Shown in pieces: positions 21,606-34,324 of a stretch of 38,301 nt of DNA. The notes beneath the pieces were generated by a model, which had not been told where the DNA came from, ran no database searches, and saw only the letters and a program-made list of their open reading frames with translations. A program made the translations under genes and the position numbers. Source of the stretch: Octopus bimaculoides. Lineage: Eukaryota. Position 1 is the first letter of the stretch; every line of letters starts with the position of its first letter. Location: the NCBI RefSeq assembly GCF_001194135.2, contig NC_068997.1, positions 16,885,672 through 16,923,972 on the forward strand, written 5' to 3'.

Positions 21606-23406
21606 GAATACATATACGTGTTTGTTTTTCAACCCTCTTTCTGTGACACGTTTTGTGATGTCTTTGTGGGATTTTGTGACTAATAAATAAAAATCATTAT
21701 TACTATTAACATTCCCATTGTGGATTTTACTATAGTTGTTATTGCCGTTGTTATTGTTGTTGTGAGAGCATTTCGAAAACAACACATTAATAAAGGATTT
21801 ACTGTCTGATGCAATCAAGCAAAAGTAAATTATAATTCATGCATAATACCTAAAAGGAAGCCATTTCGTATTGAGTTATGTATGCGTAGGTGTTTTACAA
21901 CACTCATTTATGCCTGGACATATAAAGCTATTCTATACATGTATACATACGCAAAATATACATACTTATGCATGTATACATACAGCCATGCATATATTCA
22001 CACATATACTGGGTGCCCCCAACCAGCCAATATATATATATACATATATATATACATACATATGGTGTTTATTAAAATACATTTCGTTTCCAAAATCAAA
22101 TGGTATCTACAAGTAGAATTTAATCCTTTTTTGAAGGTCTGTTTCCCAAACTGAGGACCATTTCTACTCCAGGAACTGTTAATAATACTAAGCAATCACA
22201 TCGCAAAGATGAAGAAACATTTCTTTAGCTATTTATGCACTTTTTCATTCAGTATCGAAATCGATGTTTTGCAACTCCTGATTTTCCATTCTGTTTTTAA
22301 AGGGTTTGCGATTGGATATTTCTTTACAATGATACTAAATACGTCATACACGATCGATATTTAAAATCAAAAGGCCACTGAGTATGTGCGATTTGTATCC
22401 AGTTATCGACCTAGCGTTGCGTTGTTTTAAGTCAAAAACATTTAGACCGTAGCCAAAGGTAAACAGTGGGATAATCATTAAGTAACACTTTGGAGAGTGC
22501 GATATACGATATCTTTAATCGTGACTATATATTTGTGGTGATGAAAACATTGTTGAACAAAACTTAAATCAACCGAACAAAAGCAAGGGTGATAACTCTG
22601 AAGAAAAAGAATACTTTTAATAGATTGATACGTCATTATTCTCTCCCCACTCCCTAAATAGAAACAAAGAAGAACATTAAGAAGGACCAACAAATGAAAA
22701 TTTCAGTGTGTTCAATATTTCAAAAGAGTAATTTCGATTACCCTCCCTGCCAACTATAAACTGATATGCTTGGAGTCCTTTTCTTTCCTTGGTAATCATA
22801 AATAATATTTCTGTAGAGCCAAATTTACTATTTTTTACTTTCCAGCGCTACATATTTATGACATTTTTACTGTGAGAATTCAGGCGAAAGCAATGATGTT
22901 CTTTTGATTTCAGCAAAGTATTTGCTCTACTATTGCCCAAGAAACTCCTACCTCAGAACTAGTAGATTCCTAACTACGTTTGTGTTTCTGAGTGTTTATT
23001 GCTTCATTCCTTCTTTCAGCTCTTGGATCGGAAGTTGCTGATTACGTTCTCGATCGCAGCATCTACTGAGGAGACCTTTCTTTAGGTAGGCTATGACCCA
23101 GGAAGCGGTGCGGTGCTAGAAGGAAGAAATAAGAAAATCAAGAGCAAAATTCAACTTAGCATTGCGGCTGAAAGTCGCAAATGAGGATCACAGATATATC
23201 TATATCACGTGATTTCGAACTTTGAGATATTTCCCTTAGTTCTCATCAGTAGGTTTCGCTGTTAGCCAAGACTTAAATATATGCCTACGTATAAATAACT
23301 ATCGATTTATACAAATGTATATGCATCATTGTGCATATATATTTATATATACTTATATGTGCGAATGTGTGCGTGCGTATGTTATATGGACATATCTCTA
23401 TGAATT

Positions 23407-23462
<56 letters not shown>

Positions 23463-24422
23463 CACACATGCATATATGCGTGCAAACACGCACACACACA
23501 CACATACACACGTACACACACGTACACGTATATAGCGTCTCATATGAGACCTGGGTGGGCTAATCTACATATTTGTACCAGTTTGACGACTGCTAAGAAA
23601 TTAATAATACTTTTCAAAACATAAGCACAATGACGCAAATAATTGAACGAAGGTGGATTTCGTACTAAAATACACCAACAATTTTTATAACTGATATCTG
23701 TCTTTTGTCTGACAACGAAGCTTATCTCTAAGTGTTCTTTTTACTACCCTCTTGAAATCACAGTCAAATATGATTGGAATTACAGCTTACTGTTTTAAAA
23801 AGCAAGTAATCCTTATTATACAATTCCGGATTTGATTATGATTAATCATTTAAAATGATTTAAATTTTATCTTACAGTCATTCTTAATATAAAATTCCGG
23901 AATATTTTACGACATGGTCAGAGCGGAAATGCTTTTGATCACAGGTCTTCTCGATGAAAGATGACGTGGGGCCATACAACAACAACAACCCAACAACAAC
24001 TATAACAACGGCAGCATATTGCCGTCAGCTATTTGGTTTTATCTCAGATATCATGGTGATAAAGTTATGCGAGATCTTACGATACTTGACGAATTGCAAG
24101 ACCAAAGAAGCCGTAAATCGGATATCCGGGCCGCAGTAACATGAATTTAGGATATGTCCACCAAGTTTAATCACACAGCAAATCTATGTGTATGTTATAC
24201 ATGTATAATTTTATATTGACTAATAATGCATGCATATTCGTATACTTATTATAGACATGCTTTCATCAAGCGATTGCATGTGTTAGCGTACGTGTCTATG
24301 TTGGAGCTTTTGTGTGTCTGTATATGTATGCGTTTCTATATTGCACATACAAATGTATAGACGCATAGCAACACGCGCACACTACATGCACAAGTATAAG
24401 AAATAGGACAGGTGTATGCATG

Positions 24423-24459
<37 letters not shown>

Positions 24460-24499
24460 CTATTTGTTTATACATATGACTATATTTAAGTATATTTAA

Positions 24500-24535
<36 letters not shown>

Positions 24536-24744
24536 CAAACACACATACACACACACACATATATATATATATACATATATATATACATAGATAGTTAAAT
24601 AGATAGTTAAATAGATAGATATTGCTGTGTGTGTGTATATATATATATGTATGTATTATGTGTGTGGATACATGTATGTATGTATTTATGTGTGTATGAA
24701 CAAATAAGGGAATAAATATTTCACAGTGGTAGTGAGAATTAAGC

Positions 24745-24787
<43 letters not shown>

Positions 24788-25324
24788 GTCTGTCTGTGTG
24801 TGTTTCTGTACATTGTGTGTACCTGTGCACGCGTGTATACGTACAAAAGTACAGTAATATATTGCACTTTTATAATCGTACTTAAAATACAGAAGCGCAC
24901 TCTATAAACGTATGTAAAATAAAAATAAGCCGAGGATTATTAATGTATATATGTATGTATATGCGGATGCATATATGCACGTCATATAGGCATTAAACTT
25001 TTAGAGAAACCGAAGCTAACGAGAGCGCTCAACAGAAATGAAAAACATCAAGCAGAGATCGTAAAAAGAAAATAAATCTAAAACAAATCCTACAGCATGC
25101 AAATAAAATAGGTATTCTCCATAACACAATCCTCTGACGATGGGTTGCTTCTGTGATCAGTAGATGTAGGAATGGTGGCTTCACCAGAGGATATGCGAAG
25201 CGTTTGAGAGCTGTGCGAATGTGATGTTGTGCATTATGCAACATGAAAAGCCGATTTCGTGAAAAAAAAAATGAAAAACGCGTAATGATCATCATCACCA
25301 CCACCATAATCATCATCGTCATGA

Positions 25325-25370
<46 letters not shown>

Positions 25371-25585
25371 AGGCATTGTCTACAGGCGAACGCCACCAAC
25401 CATTTGTCACCAGTATTGCGTTTCCTGTATTGCTGTAGCTTGGTCACTCTCCTGTACACCAGAGCCTTCAACCAGTTGGTCAATAAATGTCCGGCCAAGG
25501 TTGCTTTCCGTGTGTTGCTTACCACATCAGCATTGAACATACTACTTCATAATTACTATGAAGGTGGTGTCCACAGGATCATCGT
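25325..25585 (-). mobile_element. RTE/RTEX-like LINE 3' end with a (TAG)n tail
   Basis: Minus translation ILWTP...GK...GRTFIDQLVEGSGVQESDQATAIQETQYW*QMVGGVRL* followed by (TAG)n, typical of RTE-clade C-termini. Confidence 0.7.
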
Positions 25586-26371
25586 CATTTAAAAAAAAAA
25601 TTATTATTATGGTGGAGTTTACTCTCGGAAGATTACGATAAAGAACCTAGTTTCTTGCATGGGACTGCCATTTGATGCTTATGTCCAAATCACCAAATAC
25701 AAGCTTGTAAATCGAGTAAAAATAAATTTTAGAAGAAAAAAAATAGAACAGAAGACAAATGTAAATAAATCATTGCTGAGTTAAAAATTGAAGAAAGAGG
25801 ACGCAACAATAATGATCTTGCAAAAAGGAATGATTATGACACGTAACTGGCAAAGATATAAAAATAATTTCAGAGAGGTACTTAAAGAATTATTCTTCCG
25901 TGTAAAGAGAATTTAGGGACGGCGCTATATTGAAATGAAAAAAAAAAAAAAAAAAAANNNNNNNNNNNNNNNNNNNNNNNNNNNNNNNNNNNNNNNNNNN
26001 NNNNNNNNNNNNNNNNNNNNNNNNNNNNNNNNNNNNNNNNNNNNNNNNNNNNNNNNNNNNNNNNNNNNNNNNNNNNNNNNNNNNNNNNNNNNNNNNNNNN
26101 NNNNNNNNNNNNNNNNNNNNNNNNNNNNNNNNNNNNNNNNNNNNNNNNNNNNNNNNNNNNNNNNNNNNNNNNNNNNNNNNNNNNNNNNNNNNNNNNNNNN
26201 NNNNNNNNNNNNNNNNNNNNNNNNNNNNNNNNNNNNNNNNNNNNNNNNNNNNNNNNNNNNNNNNNNNNNNNNNNNNNNNNNNNNNNNNNNNNNNNNNNNN
26301 NNNNNNNNNNNNNNNNNNNNNNNNNNNNNNNNNNNNNNNNNNNNNNNNNNNNNNNNNNNNNNNNNNNNNNN

Positions 26372-26406
<35 letters not shown>

Positions 26407-26473
26407 ATATATATATATACACATGTGTGTGTATATGTGTGTTTGTGTGTGTATGTATGTATGTATGTATGTA

Positions 26474-26682
26474 TGTCTGTATTTGTGTCTGTGTTTGACA
26501 ACCGATGTTGTTGTGTTTACGTCCCCATAACTTAGCGGTTCGGCAAAAGTACCCGTTAGAATAAGTACTAGACTTACAAACAATAAGTTCTGGAGGAGGC
26601 GGGGAGGGCGATTTGTTCGACCAAAGGCGGTGTCCCAGCATGGCCGCAGTCACAGGACTGAAACAAGTTAAAGAGTGAAAGA
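26474..26682 (+). mobile_element. SINE family A 3' half
   Basis: ttgacaaccgatgttg...ccataacttagcggttcggcaaaag...aaaggcggtgtcccagcatggccgcagtc. Confidence 0.88.
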
Positions 26683-27074
26683 TATATATGCGTGTGTGAT
26701 ACATACATACATCACAGACATACATAAAGAGAATGAAAAAGAGAAATATACAATTTTATATTAATGAGTGCGTGCATACTTGTCTGTTTGTTTGTGTGTA
26801 CGTATAAATGTGTGCGTGCGCGGGCGTACGTGTGTGCGTATGCGTGTGTTCTGCGCTGAAAAGCATGTTGCTTAATGGGCGGTTTATAGTCCATGGGTTG
26901 AATCAATTTTGAACACACCATTGGAGTGTAATATGAGTACATTCAACGAATGTGACCCGCTTCAAACCGTCGAATAGTTTATCGCCTTCGGGAGACATCA
27001 AAATCGGTTCTGTGAGAACAATTGGAGGAAAAGTGTGAGGTAGGGAGTGGGGCTGGTAACCCAGCGTTACTCAC

Positions 27075-27143
27075 CTCTAACTACTGAACATATTTATCGT
27101 GTACATAAATCTAATCAACAATTTCAGGTAGAATGATTGCTTG
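27075..27143 (-). other. Candidate non-coding exon (69 nt)
   Basis: On the minus strand, a long pyrimidine tract ending ccattcag precedes it and GAG|GTGAGT follows. All three frames contain stops. Confidence 0.28.
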
Positions 27144-27421
27144 CTGAATGGACGAGTGAGTTAACGAAAAAAATATAAGCAATAAAGTGAGAACAAAACA
27201 AAAAAAAAAGCCATATGCCTGTGAATGTACCTCTGTATGTATGTATGTATGTATGTGTGTATATATGTATGTATTATATATGTAAATATGTAGGAATATA
27301 AATATAGGTATATAAATTTGTATAGGAATGAGCAAAATATCATCTATATGCTTATGTATGTGTGTACGTGTGTCTGCGCGTCTATGTGCATATTTATATA
27401 TAAGCATATATACACAAACAC

Positions 27422-27469
<48 letters not shown>

Positions 27470-27943
27470 NNNNNNNNNNNNNNNNNNNNNNNNNNNNNNN
27501 NNNNNNNNNNNNNNNNNNNNNNNNNNNNNNNNNNNNNNNNNNNNNNNNNNNNNNNNNNNNNNNNNNNNNNNNNNNNNNNNNNNNNNNNNNNNNNNNNNNN
27601 NNNNNNNNNNNNNNNNNNNNNNNNNNNNNNNNNNNNNNNNNNNNNNNNNNNNNNNNNNNNNNNNNNNNNNNNNNNNNNNNNNNNNNNNNNNNNNNNNNNN
27701 NNNNNNNNNNNNNNNNNNNNNNNNNNNNNNNNNNNNNNNNNNNNNNNNNNNNNNNNNNNNNNNNNNNNNNNNNNNNNNNNNNNNNNNNNNNNNNNNNNNN
27801 NNNNNNNNNNNNNNNNNNNNNNNNNNNNNNNNNNNNNNNNNNNNNNNNNNNNNNNNNNNNNNNNNNNNNNNNNNNNNNNNNNNNNNNNNNNNNNNNNNNN
27901 NNNNNNNNNNNNNNNNNNNNNNNNNNACACGCACACACACACA

Positions 27944-27996
<53 letters not shown>

Positions 27997-28492
27997 AGAG
28001 ACTATCAAGAGCATTGATGTTTAAGATATCGCTGTTTATGTATAGGAATGCATACAGACATAAATCATTTATATCTATGTGTTTTTCTTGTATTTGCTTA
28101 CCTATTTAGCACTTTGACAATTGCGTTATTGTTTGTACGCATATATATTTATGAGTGTGTGTGTGTGTGTGAGTGTATAGATATTTTCATAGATGCTTCA
28201 TAATAGTAGACATAGAAATACACGTTAGTTGATTTATAAAGCTTAAGTACAAACTTCGAGATGAACGAAATATGCATGAGTGAATGAATGAGGCTAGCGA
28301 CAATAGGAAGATTTGATATCCTTTAATCAAGTTGTTTTCTGGGGTCAGGTCATTATGAGGGTAACGAAGGTGTAGGCGCTAATTGAACTGGTGTAGACCG
28401 TAAAATTCTTGGTATTTGAAGAGGGCCATGGAGCTGAAAGAAGGGCGGGAAAAAATAAATGAATAAATAGATAGATAAATAAATAAATAAAT

Positions 28493-28545
28493 AAGTTTGC
28501 TTCCCAACCACGGCTCCCAACTGGTTCACGGTTCAGTCCCACTGC
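28493..28545 (+). mobile_element. SINE family A head fragment
   Basis: aagtttgcttcccaaccac...ggttcagtcccactg. Confidence 0.6.
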
Positions 28546-30874
28546 TCGTAAGAAATGCTATGTAATGTTATGTTTTGTATTAAAAAAAATAATTAACCGA
28601 TGTTGGTTAATTTGTCTGATGAAAAGTTTTCTCCATTTTCTCAATTTTCTGTTTATATACATATATATAAGACATATTCCATATATTCAATAAGACATTC
28701 AATACTTTATTTCATTGTACCATCCATTTTTATTTTATATTATATATTGTATATTCCATATTCTATATCCCACATTGGTTTTGCAGGAATATAAATAAAA
28801 CATAAAAAACAGACAGAGTTGGAACTCTTTTAAACAAAATAATATATTCCTCTATACACAATCATACAAACAACCCCTTTTTTTGTATTTATTTTTATCA
28901 CACACACACACACACACANNNNNNNNNNNNNNNNNNNNNNNNNNNNNNNNNNNNNNNNNNNNNNNNNNNNNNNNNNNNNNNNNNNNNNNNNNNNNNNNNN
29001 NNNNNNNNNNNNNNNNNNNNNNNNNNNNNNNNNNNNNNNNNNNNNNNNNNNNNNNNNNNNNNNNNNNNNNNNNNNNNNNNNNNNNNNNNNNNNNNNNNNN
29101 NNNNNNNNNNNNNNNNNNNNNNNNNNNNNNNNNNNNNNNNNNNNNNNNNNNNNNNNNNNNNNNNNNNNNNNNNNNNNNNNNNNNNNNNNNNNNNNNNNNN
29201 NNNNNNNNNNNNNNNNNNNNNNNNNNNNNNNNNNNNNNNNNNNNNNNNNNNNNNNNNNNNNNNNNNNNNNNNNNNNNNNNNNNNNNNNNNNNNNNNNNNN
29301 NNNNNNNNNNNNNNNNNNNNNNNNNNNNNNNNNNNNNNNNNNNNNNNNNNNNNNNNNNNNNNNNNNNNNNNNNNNNNNNNNNNNNNNNNNNNNNNNNNNN
29401 NNNNNNNNNNNNNNNNNNNNNNNNNNNNNNNNNNNNNNNNNNNNNNNNNNNATATATATATATATATATATATACACTCACACATACGCATACTATAAAC
29501 CAAAACTTGAGGACCTTGCATAACCAAATGAGAAAAGAATGACAATGACCAAGATTGACATCGTCCGACCAATGTTTCTACTTTAAGTACTCATGCACCC
29601 AGAGCTAATTGCATGCTTAACAATTGCATAACTCTTATACTCTTGCTACTCATTCATTCACATATATCTACCTACGTAATTATGAATATATATAACGATA
29701 ATAATGTATATGATTTGAGATGTTTGACTTGCTTTATCGTTTGCTGTCCTCTTTAACAATTATATATCTGCTATATCGGCAATTTGCAATGGCTCCATAA
29801 CTATCGTCTCGGCTAGAACCTACGAAGCCTAGTAATCCGTTACAGCACTTACCTAGCGTTCCTAGTCGTTTAGATCACCTGTGAACTAAACCCCCATATC
29901 TTGTATATGTGTGCGCGTGTGTTTGTGTGTGTATATCTATGTATACATATATGTATGTATGTAAATATATATGTGTACATATATATATATATATATANNN
30001 NNNNNNNNNNNNNNNNNNNNNNNNNNNNNNNNNNNNNNNNNNNNNNNNNNNNNNNNNNNNNNNNNNNNNNNNNNNNNNNNNNNNNNNNNNNNNNNNNNNN
30101 NNNNNNNNNNNNNNNNNNNNNNNNNNNNNNNNNNNNNNNNNNNNNNNNNNNNNNNNNNNNNNNNNNNNNNNNNNNNNNNNNNNNNNNNNNNNNNNNNNNN
30201 NNNNNNNNNNNNNNNNNNNNNNNNNNNNNNNNNNNNNNNNNNNNNNNNNNNNNNNNNNNNNNNNNNNNNNNNNNNNNNNNNNNNNNNNNNNNNNNNNNNN
30301 NNNNNNNNNNNNNNNNNNNNNNNNNNNNNNNNNNNNNNNNNNNNNNNNNNNNNNNNNNNNNNNNNNNNNNNNNNNNNNNNNNNNNNNNNNNNNNNNNNNN
30401 NNNNNNNNNNNNNNNNNNNNNNNNNNNNNNNNNNNNNNNNNNNNNNNNNNNNNNNNNNNNNNNNNNNNNNNNNNNNNNNNNNNNNNNNNNNNNNNNNNNN
30501 NNNNNNNNNNNNNNNNNNNNNNNNNNNNNNNNNNNNNNNNNNNNNNNNNNNNNNNNNNNNNNNNNNNNNNNNNNNNNNNNNNNNNNNNNNNNNNNNNNNN
30601 NNNNNNNNNNNNNNNNNNNNNNNNNNNNNNNNNNNNNNNNNNNNNNNNNNNNNNNNNNNNNNNNNNNNNNNNNNNNNNNNNNNNNNNNNNNNNNNNNNNN
30701 NNNNNNNNNNNNNNNNNNNNNNNNNNNNNNNNNNNNNNNNNNNNNNNNNNNNNNNNNNNNNNNNNNNNNNNNNNNNNNNNNNNNNNNNNNNNNNNNNNNN
30801 NNNNNNNNNNNNNNNNNNNNNNNNNNNNNNNNNNNNNNNNNNNNNNNNNNNNNNNNNNNNNNNNNNNNNNNNNN

Positions 30875-31186
30875 AGAAATTAGGTTTCTCAAAATCAAGA
30901 AGGAGAAAGTTGATTCGAAGACTCCAGATCCAGTCCATCACTGGAACTGTAAAAATCTGTAAAGCTTTTCAGAAATGTATCATTTAAGTATATATGAGCA
31001 TGTCTAGATATGCAAGTATATGCATGATAAGACATCATAAAACAAAACATACGAATATGCACGTATACATGCATACATCCATACAATGATGTTAAAGTTC
31101 GAATGAAGGAGTTTAGATCTAGGTTAGAAACCGGCTCTCTCTCTCTCTATTGGCAAGAAATCTTCAAATAAAACTGAACAATGACA
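30875..31186 (+). mobile_element. RLE-clade (R4-like) non-LTR retrotransposon 3' end
   Basis: Translation KLGFSKSRRRKLIRRLQIQSITGTVKICKAFQKCII* resembles the recalled RLE terminal motif LQxxxxxGTxKIxKTFxxF. The putative 3' UTR ends at a (TACA)n tract. Confidence 0.6.
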
Positions 31187-31354
31187 TATATACATAGATA
31201 AGGAGATAGATAGACAGATACATACATACATACATACATATATTCATACATACATACTTATATGCACAGATAGATACATGCATAATTCATCCATTCATCC
31301 ATCCATCCATACATACATATATCTACAAGGAGAGACAGACTGACAAACCAATTG

Positions 31355-31643
31355 ACAGAAAGCAGGTAAATTGGGATATATAATTGAGATTAACCTGATG
31401 CATATAATGATTTCGCTCAGTTGAAACGATTCTCATTTGCAGGTGATATAGCTCAATTACAAATGTTTTATAGAAAAGCAAGCGACTTGCACTAGGCGTT
31501 GTCAATTACGAAATAAATGACAACAAAATGGGACGACTTCACTTTTAATAGTTTAATTTTTTTTGTCCATAAGTATGCATGTACCCACATCTGAGTACAC
31601 GCGTACTTATGAGGTAAATACTGTACTTGTTTCAGTTCATTTG
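31355..31643 (-). repeat. Local ~290 bp repeat unit, copy 1 (inverted)
   Basis: Reverse complement aligns along its length with 32150-32442 and 33491-33778. Confidence 0.88.
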
Positions 31644-32149
31644 TATGTACACAGACACACACATATAGATCTGTACTTATGTGGTTGTCTGTCTCTCTCT
31701 CTCTCTCTATGTGTGTATGCATGTATGTATGTATGTATGTATTTATGTATGTATGTATGTATGTATGTATGTATATATGGATGGATGCATGCATGCATAG
31801 ATGTGTGCATACGTATATACCTATATGCAGGTTGCAAAAGGTATTTCAAGGCATATTTGGCAATTTCATATATAACTCTAACTTAGCAAAAATACTTCCA
31901 ATATGAAATACGTTTCAAAAGCTTCTATAAGCTTCAGAAGCGTTTGTGAATTCGCCTTCAGTTGCGGTGACTGCTTTAATCCAGAACCAAAATCTTTTAC
32001 GTGTCTGCACTAAATGATCTTCTATATTTCGGACATCGCCTGCACGGTCCGCAGCTTTCATTGAAAATATGTTATTGTGGGGATGAGGATTAGTCTCCCT
32101 TTTAACAAAACTCAGCGTGAGTGTGTATGTGTGTGTACCTGTGCATGTA

Positions 32150-32442
32150 GATGAATGAAAAAAAGGACCATATTTACCTCGTAAGTACGTGTGCACTCAC
32201 ATTTGGGTACGTGCATACTTATGGCAGAAATAACTGTACGCGACTGAAAGTGATGTCATTCCTGTTCTGTTGTCATTCATTTTCTAATTGATTATGGCTT
32301 CTCCGTATCTTTTGCTTTGGTGTAAAACATTTGTATATTGAACTATATCAACTCCTAATGAGAATCGTTTCGGCTGAGCGAAATCATTATGTATATATCA
32401 GGTTAATGCCTCGATTATAAATCCCAATTTATCTGCTGTCTG
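32150..32442 (+). repeat. Local ~290 bp repeat unit, copy 2
   Basis: Shares blocks such as gtgcactcacattt.ggtacgtgc.tactta.ggcagaaataa and atgagaatcgtttc....agcgaaat with the other copies. Confidence 0.88.
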
Positions 32443-32477
32443 TTTGTTTGTCTGTTTGTCTGTCCGTCTTCTTGTCA

Positions 32478-32513
<36 letters not shown>

Positions 32514-32603
32514 CTCTCTCTCTCTCCCTCTCACTCTCTCTCTCTCCCTCTCTCTCTCTCTCTCTCCCTCTTTCTCTCGGTATATATATATATATATATA
32601 TGC

Positions 32604-32990
32604 AGGCGCAGGAGTCACTGTGCGGTAAGGAGCTGGCTTCTCAACTAAATGGTTCCGGGTTCAGTCCCACTGAGTGGTATCTTGGGTATGTATCTCCTAT
32701 ATAGCCTCAGGTCTACCAAAGCCTTGTGAGTGGATTTGGCAAACGGAAACTGAAAGAAGCCCGCTGTGTGTGTGTATATGTGTGTATGTATGCATTATGT
32801 ACGTATTTATGTCTACATGTATTTGTGTTTCTGTGTTTGTCCCTCCATCATCGCTTGACAGCCGATGTTGGTGTGTTAGGCATCCACGCAACTTAGCGGT
32901 TTGGCAACAGAGTCCGATGGAATAAGGACTAGGCTTACAAGGAATAAGTCCTGGGGTCGATTCCTGTTCGACTAAAGGCGGTGCTCCAGC
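32604..32990 (+). mobile_element. SINE family A, near full length
   Basis: aggcgcaggagtcactgtgcggtaag head, B box ggttcagtccc, tail to ggcggtgctccagc. Confidence 0.92.
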
Positions 32991-33130
32991 GTACATATGA
33001 ATACGTACATACATACATGCATACATACAAATACATCCATACATACAAATACATTACATACATGCAAATATATATTCTTACACACACATCCATACATACA
33101 ACATATGTACATACGTACATACCTACATAC

Positions 33131-33397
33131 ATTATCTGCAGTTAGTCTGACTTTCGTTTTATTTGATAACCTTTTTCTATACTGGTTGGTTCTTCGCTTT
33201 GGTTTGCCATTTATTACGCTCGGTTCCTTTCCACTTCTTATTCCTTTTTACAGTATCTTTGAATCTCAGTCTAGGTCTTCCTTGGTTACTTTTCTCTTTC
33301 CATAGTTGGGAGTAAAGGGCTTTATTTGGGGCGTCTGTTCTTGTCTATCCTGTGTACGAGGCCCAACCTGCGCAAATTTCTATCAATAAGGTTTTCC
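33131..33397 (-). mobile_element. RTE/BovB-like LINE 3' fragment
   Basis: Minus translation NLIDRNLRRLGLVHRIDKNRRPK, then a 1-nt frameshift, then ALYSQLWKEKSNQGRPRLRFKDTVKRN...KWQTKAK. This is the classic RTE C-terminal motif. Confidence 0.85.
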
Positions 33398-33490
33398 ATT
33401 CACCCATTCATCCATCCATCAATATATGCATGCATACATACATACATAGATGTGCGCTCGCGCGTTTGTGTGTGCCTGCTCGTTTCCAAA

Positions 33491-33778
33491 TAAATGAATC
33501 ACTTAAAGCACAGTATGCACCTCACAAGTAAGTGTGCACTCACATTTCGGTACGTGCCTACTTACGGCAGAAATAAGTGTAAGTTATTAAAAGTAAAGTC
33601 GTTCACGTTTTGTTGTCATTCATTCTTTAATCGATTACACCTGGGCCAGATCTCTTGCTTTTCTATAAAGCATTTGTATACTAAGTTATATCAACCGCTG
33701 ATGAGAATCGTTTCAACCAAGCGAAATTGCTATGTAATGCATATCATGTTAATACCTCTCACTTAGATTGACTCCCAA
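33491..33778 (+). repeat. Local ~290 bp repeat unit, copy 3, with CTGATGAG...CGAAA
   Basis: Aligns with copies 1 and 2. CTGATGA at 33698-33704, CGAAA at 33722-33726. Confidence 0.88.
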
Positions 33779-34024
33779 GCGAGCTGTGTTCGCAATAATT
33801 TTCACACAGCCTTTTCTCTGCAATAGGACAGCGAAAGCTAGCAACGAAAATGAAGTTGCATTAATTACATCTCCTCAAACAAAATTCGTTGAACATTAAT
33901 TGAAAAAATGATTTAAAAATAACGAAAATGCTATAGGTAACGCCATTAATGTGAACAATTCTAATGACAAGTTTGGCGACACACACACACACACATATAC
34001 ACATAAAAATACATACACGTAAAC

Positions 34025-34191
34025 AGGCTACTTTCTGTTTTCGTCTACCAGATTCACTCACAAGGCTCTGGTCGGCCCGAGTCTATAGTAGAAGACACTC
34101 GCCCAAGCCGTTACGCAGCGGAATTGAACCTGGAACCATGTGGTTTACTTCCTACTTGCAAACTACTTACCACAACAAGCACGCCTGCACC
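34025..34191 (-). mobile_element. SINE family A 5' half
   Basis: Reverse complement of head plus core (ctcacaaggctctggtcggcccgagtctatagtagaagacac). Confidence 0.85.
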
Positions 34192-34204
34192 AATAGATAC
34201 ATCT

Positions 34205-34324
34205 AAAAAAAAAAATCTAAAATCAAAATTTTGGGGATGAACTTTTAATATGTCAGTCTCCAATTTTCTACTTTGTTGTGTGAACCTCCAAAAATGTTAT
34301 ATGGACCCCGGTTGACAACCAATG
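34205..34324. mobile_element. Possible hAT/Charlie-like non-autonomous element end
   Basis: ggaccccggttgacaaccaatg at 34303-34324 resembles the recalled hAT terminus ggacccc.ggttgagaaccactg. The partner TIR is not seen. Confidence 0.35.

Noticed and set aside
22005-22030. TA-ctgggtgccccc resembling a Tc1/mariner TIR start
   Set aside because: Degenerate, and no matching opposite TIR was found.
24048-24140. Plus-strand acceptor followed by open frames (YHGDKVMRDLTILDELQDQRSRKSDIRAAVT)
   Set aside because: Short, no recognisable homology, weak donor, and no supporting neighbouring exons.
31830-32196. Exon-like spacer (cag|...|gtgagt) and the 93 aa minus-strand ORF
   Set aside because: The plus frame has four stops, and the minus ORF is partly repeat-derived with no recognisable domain.
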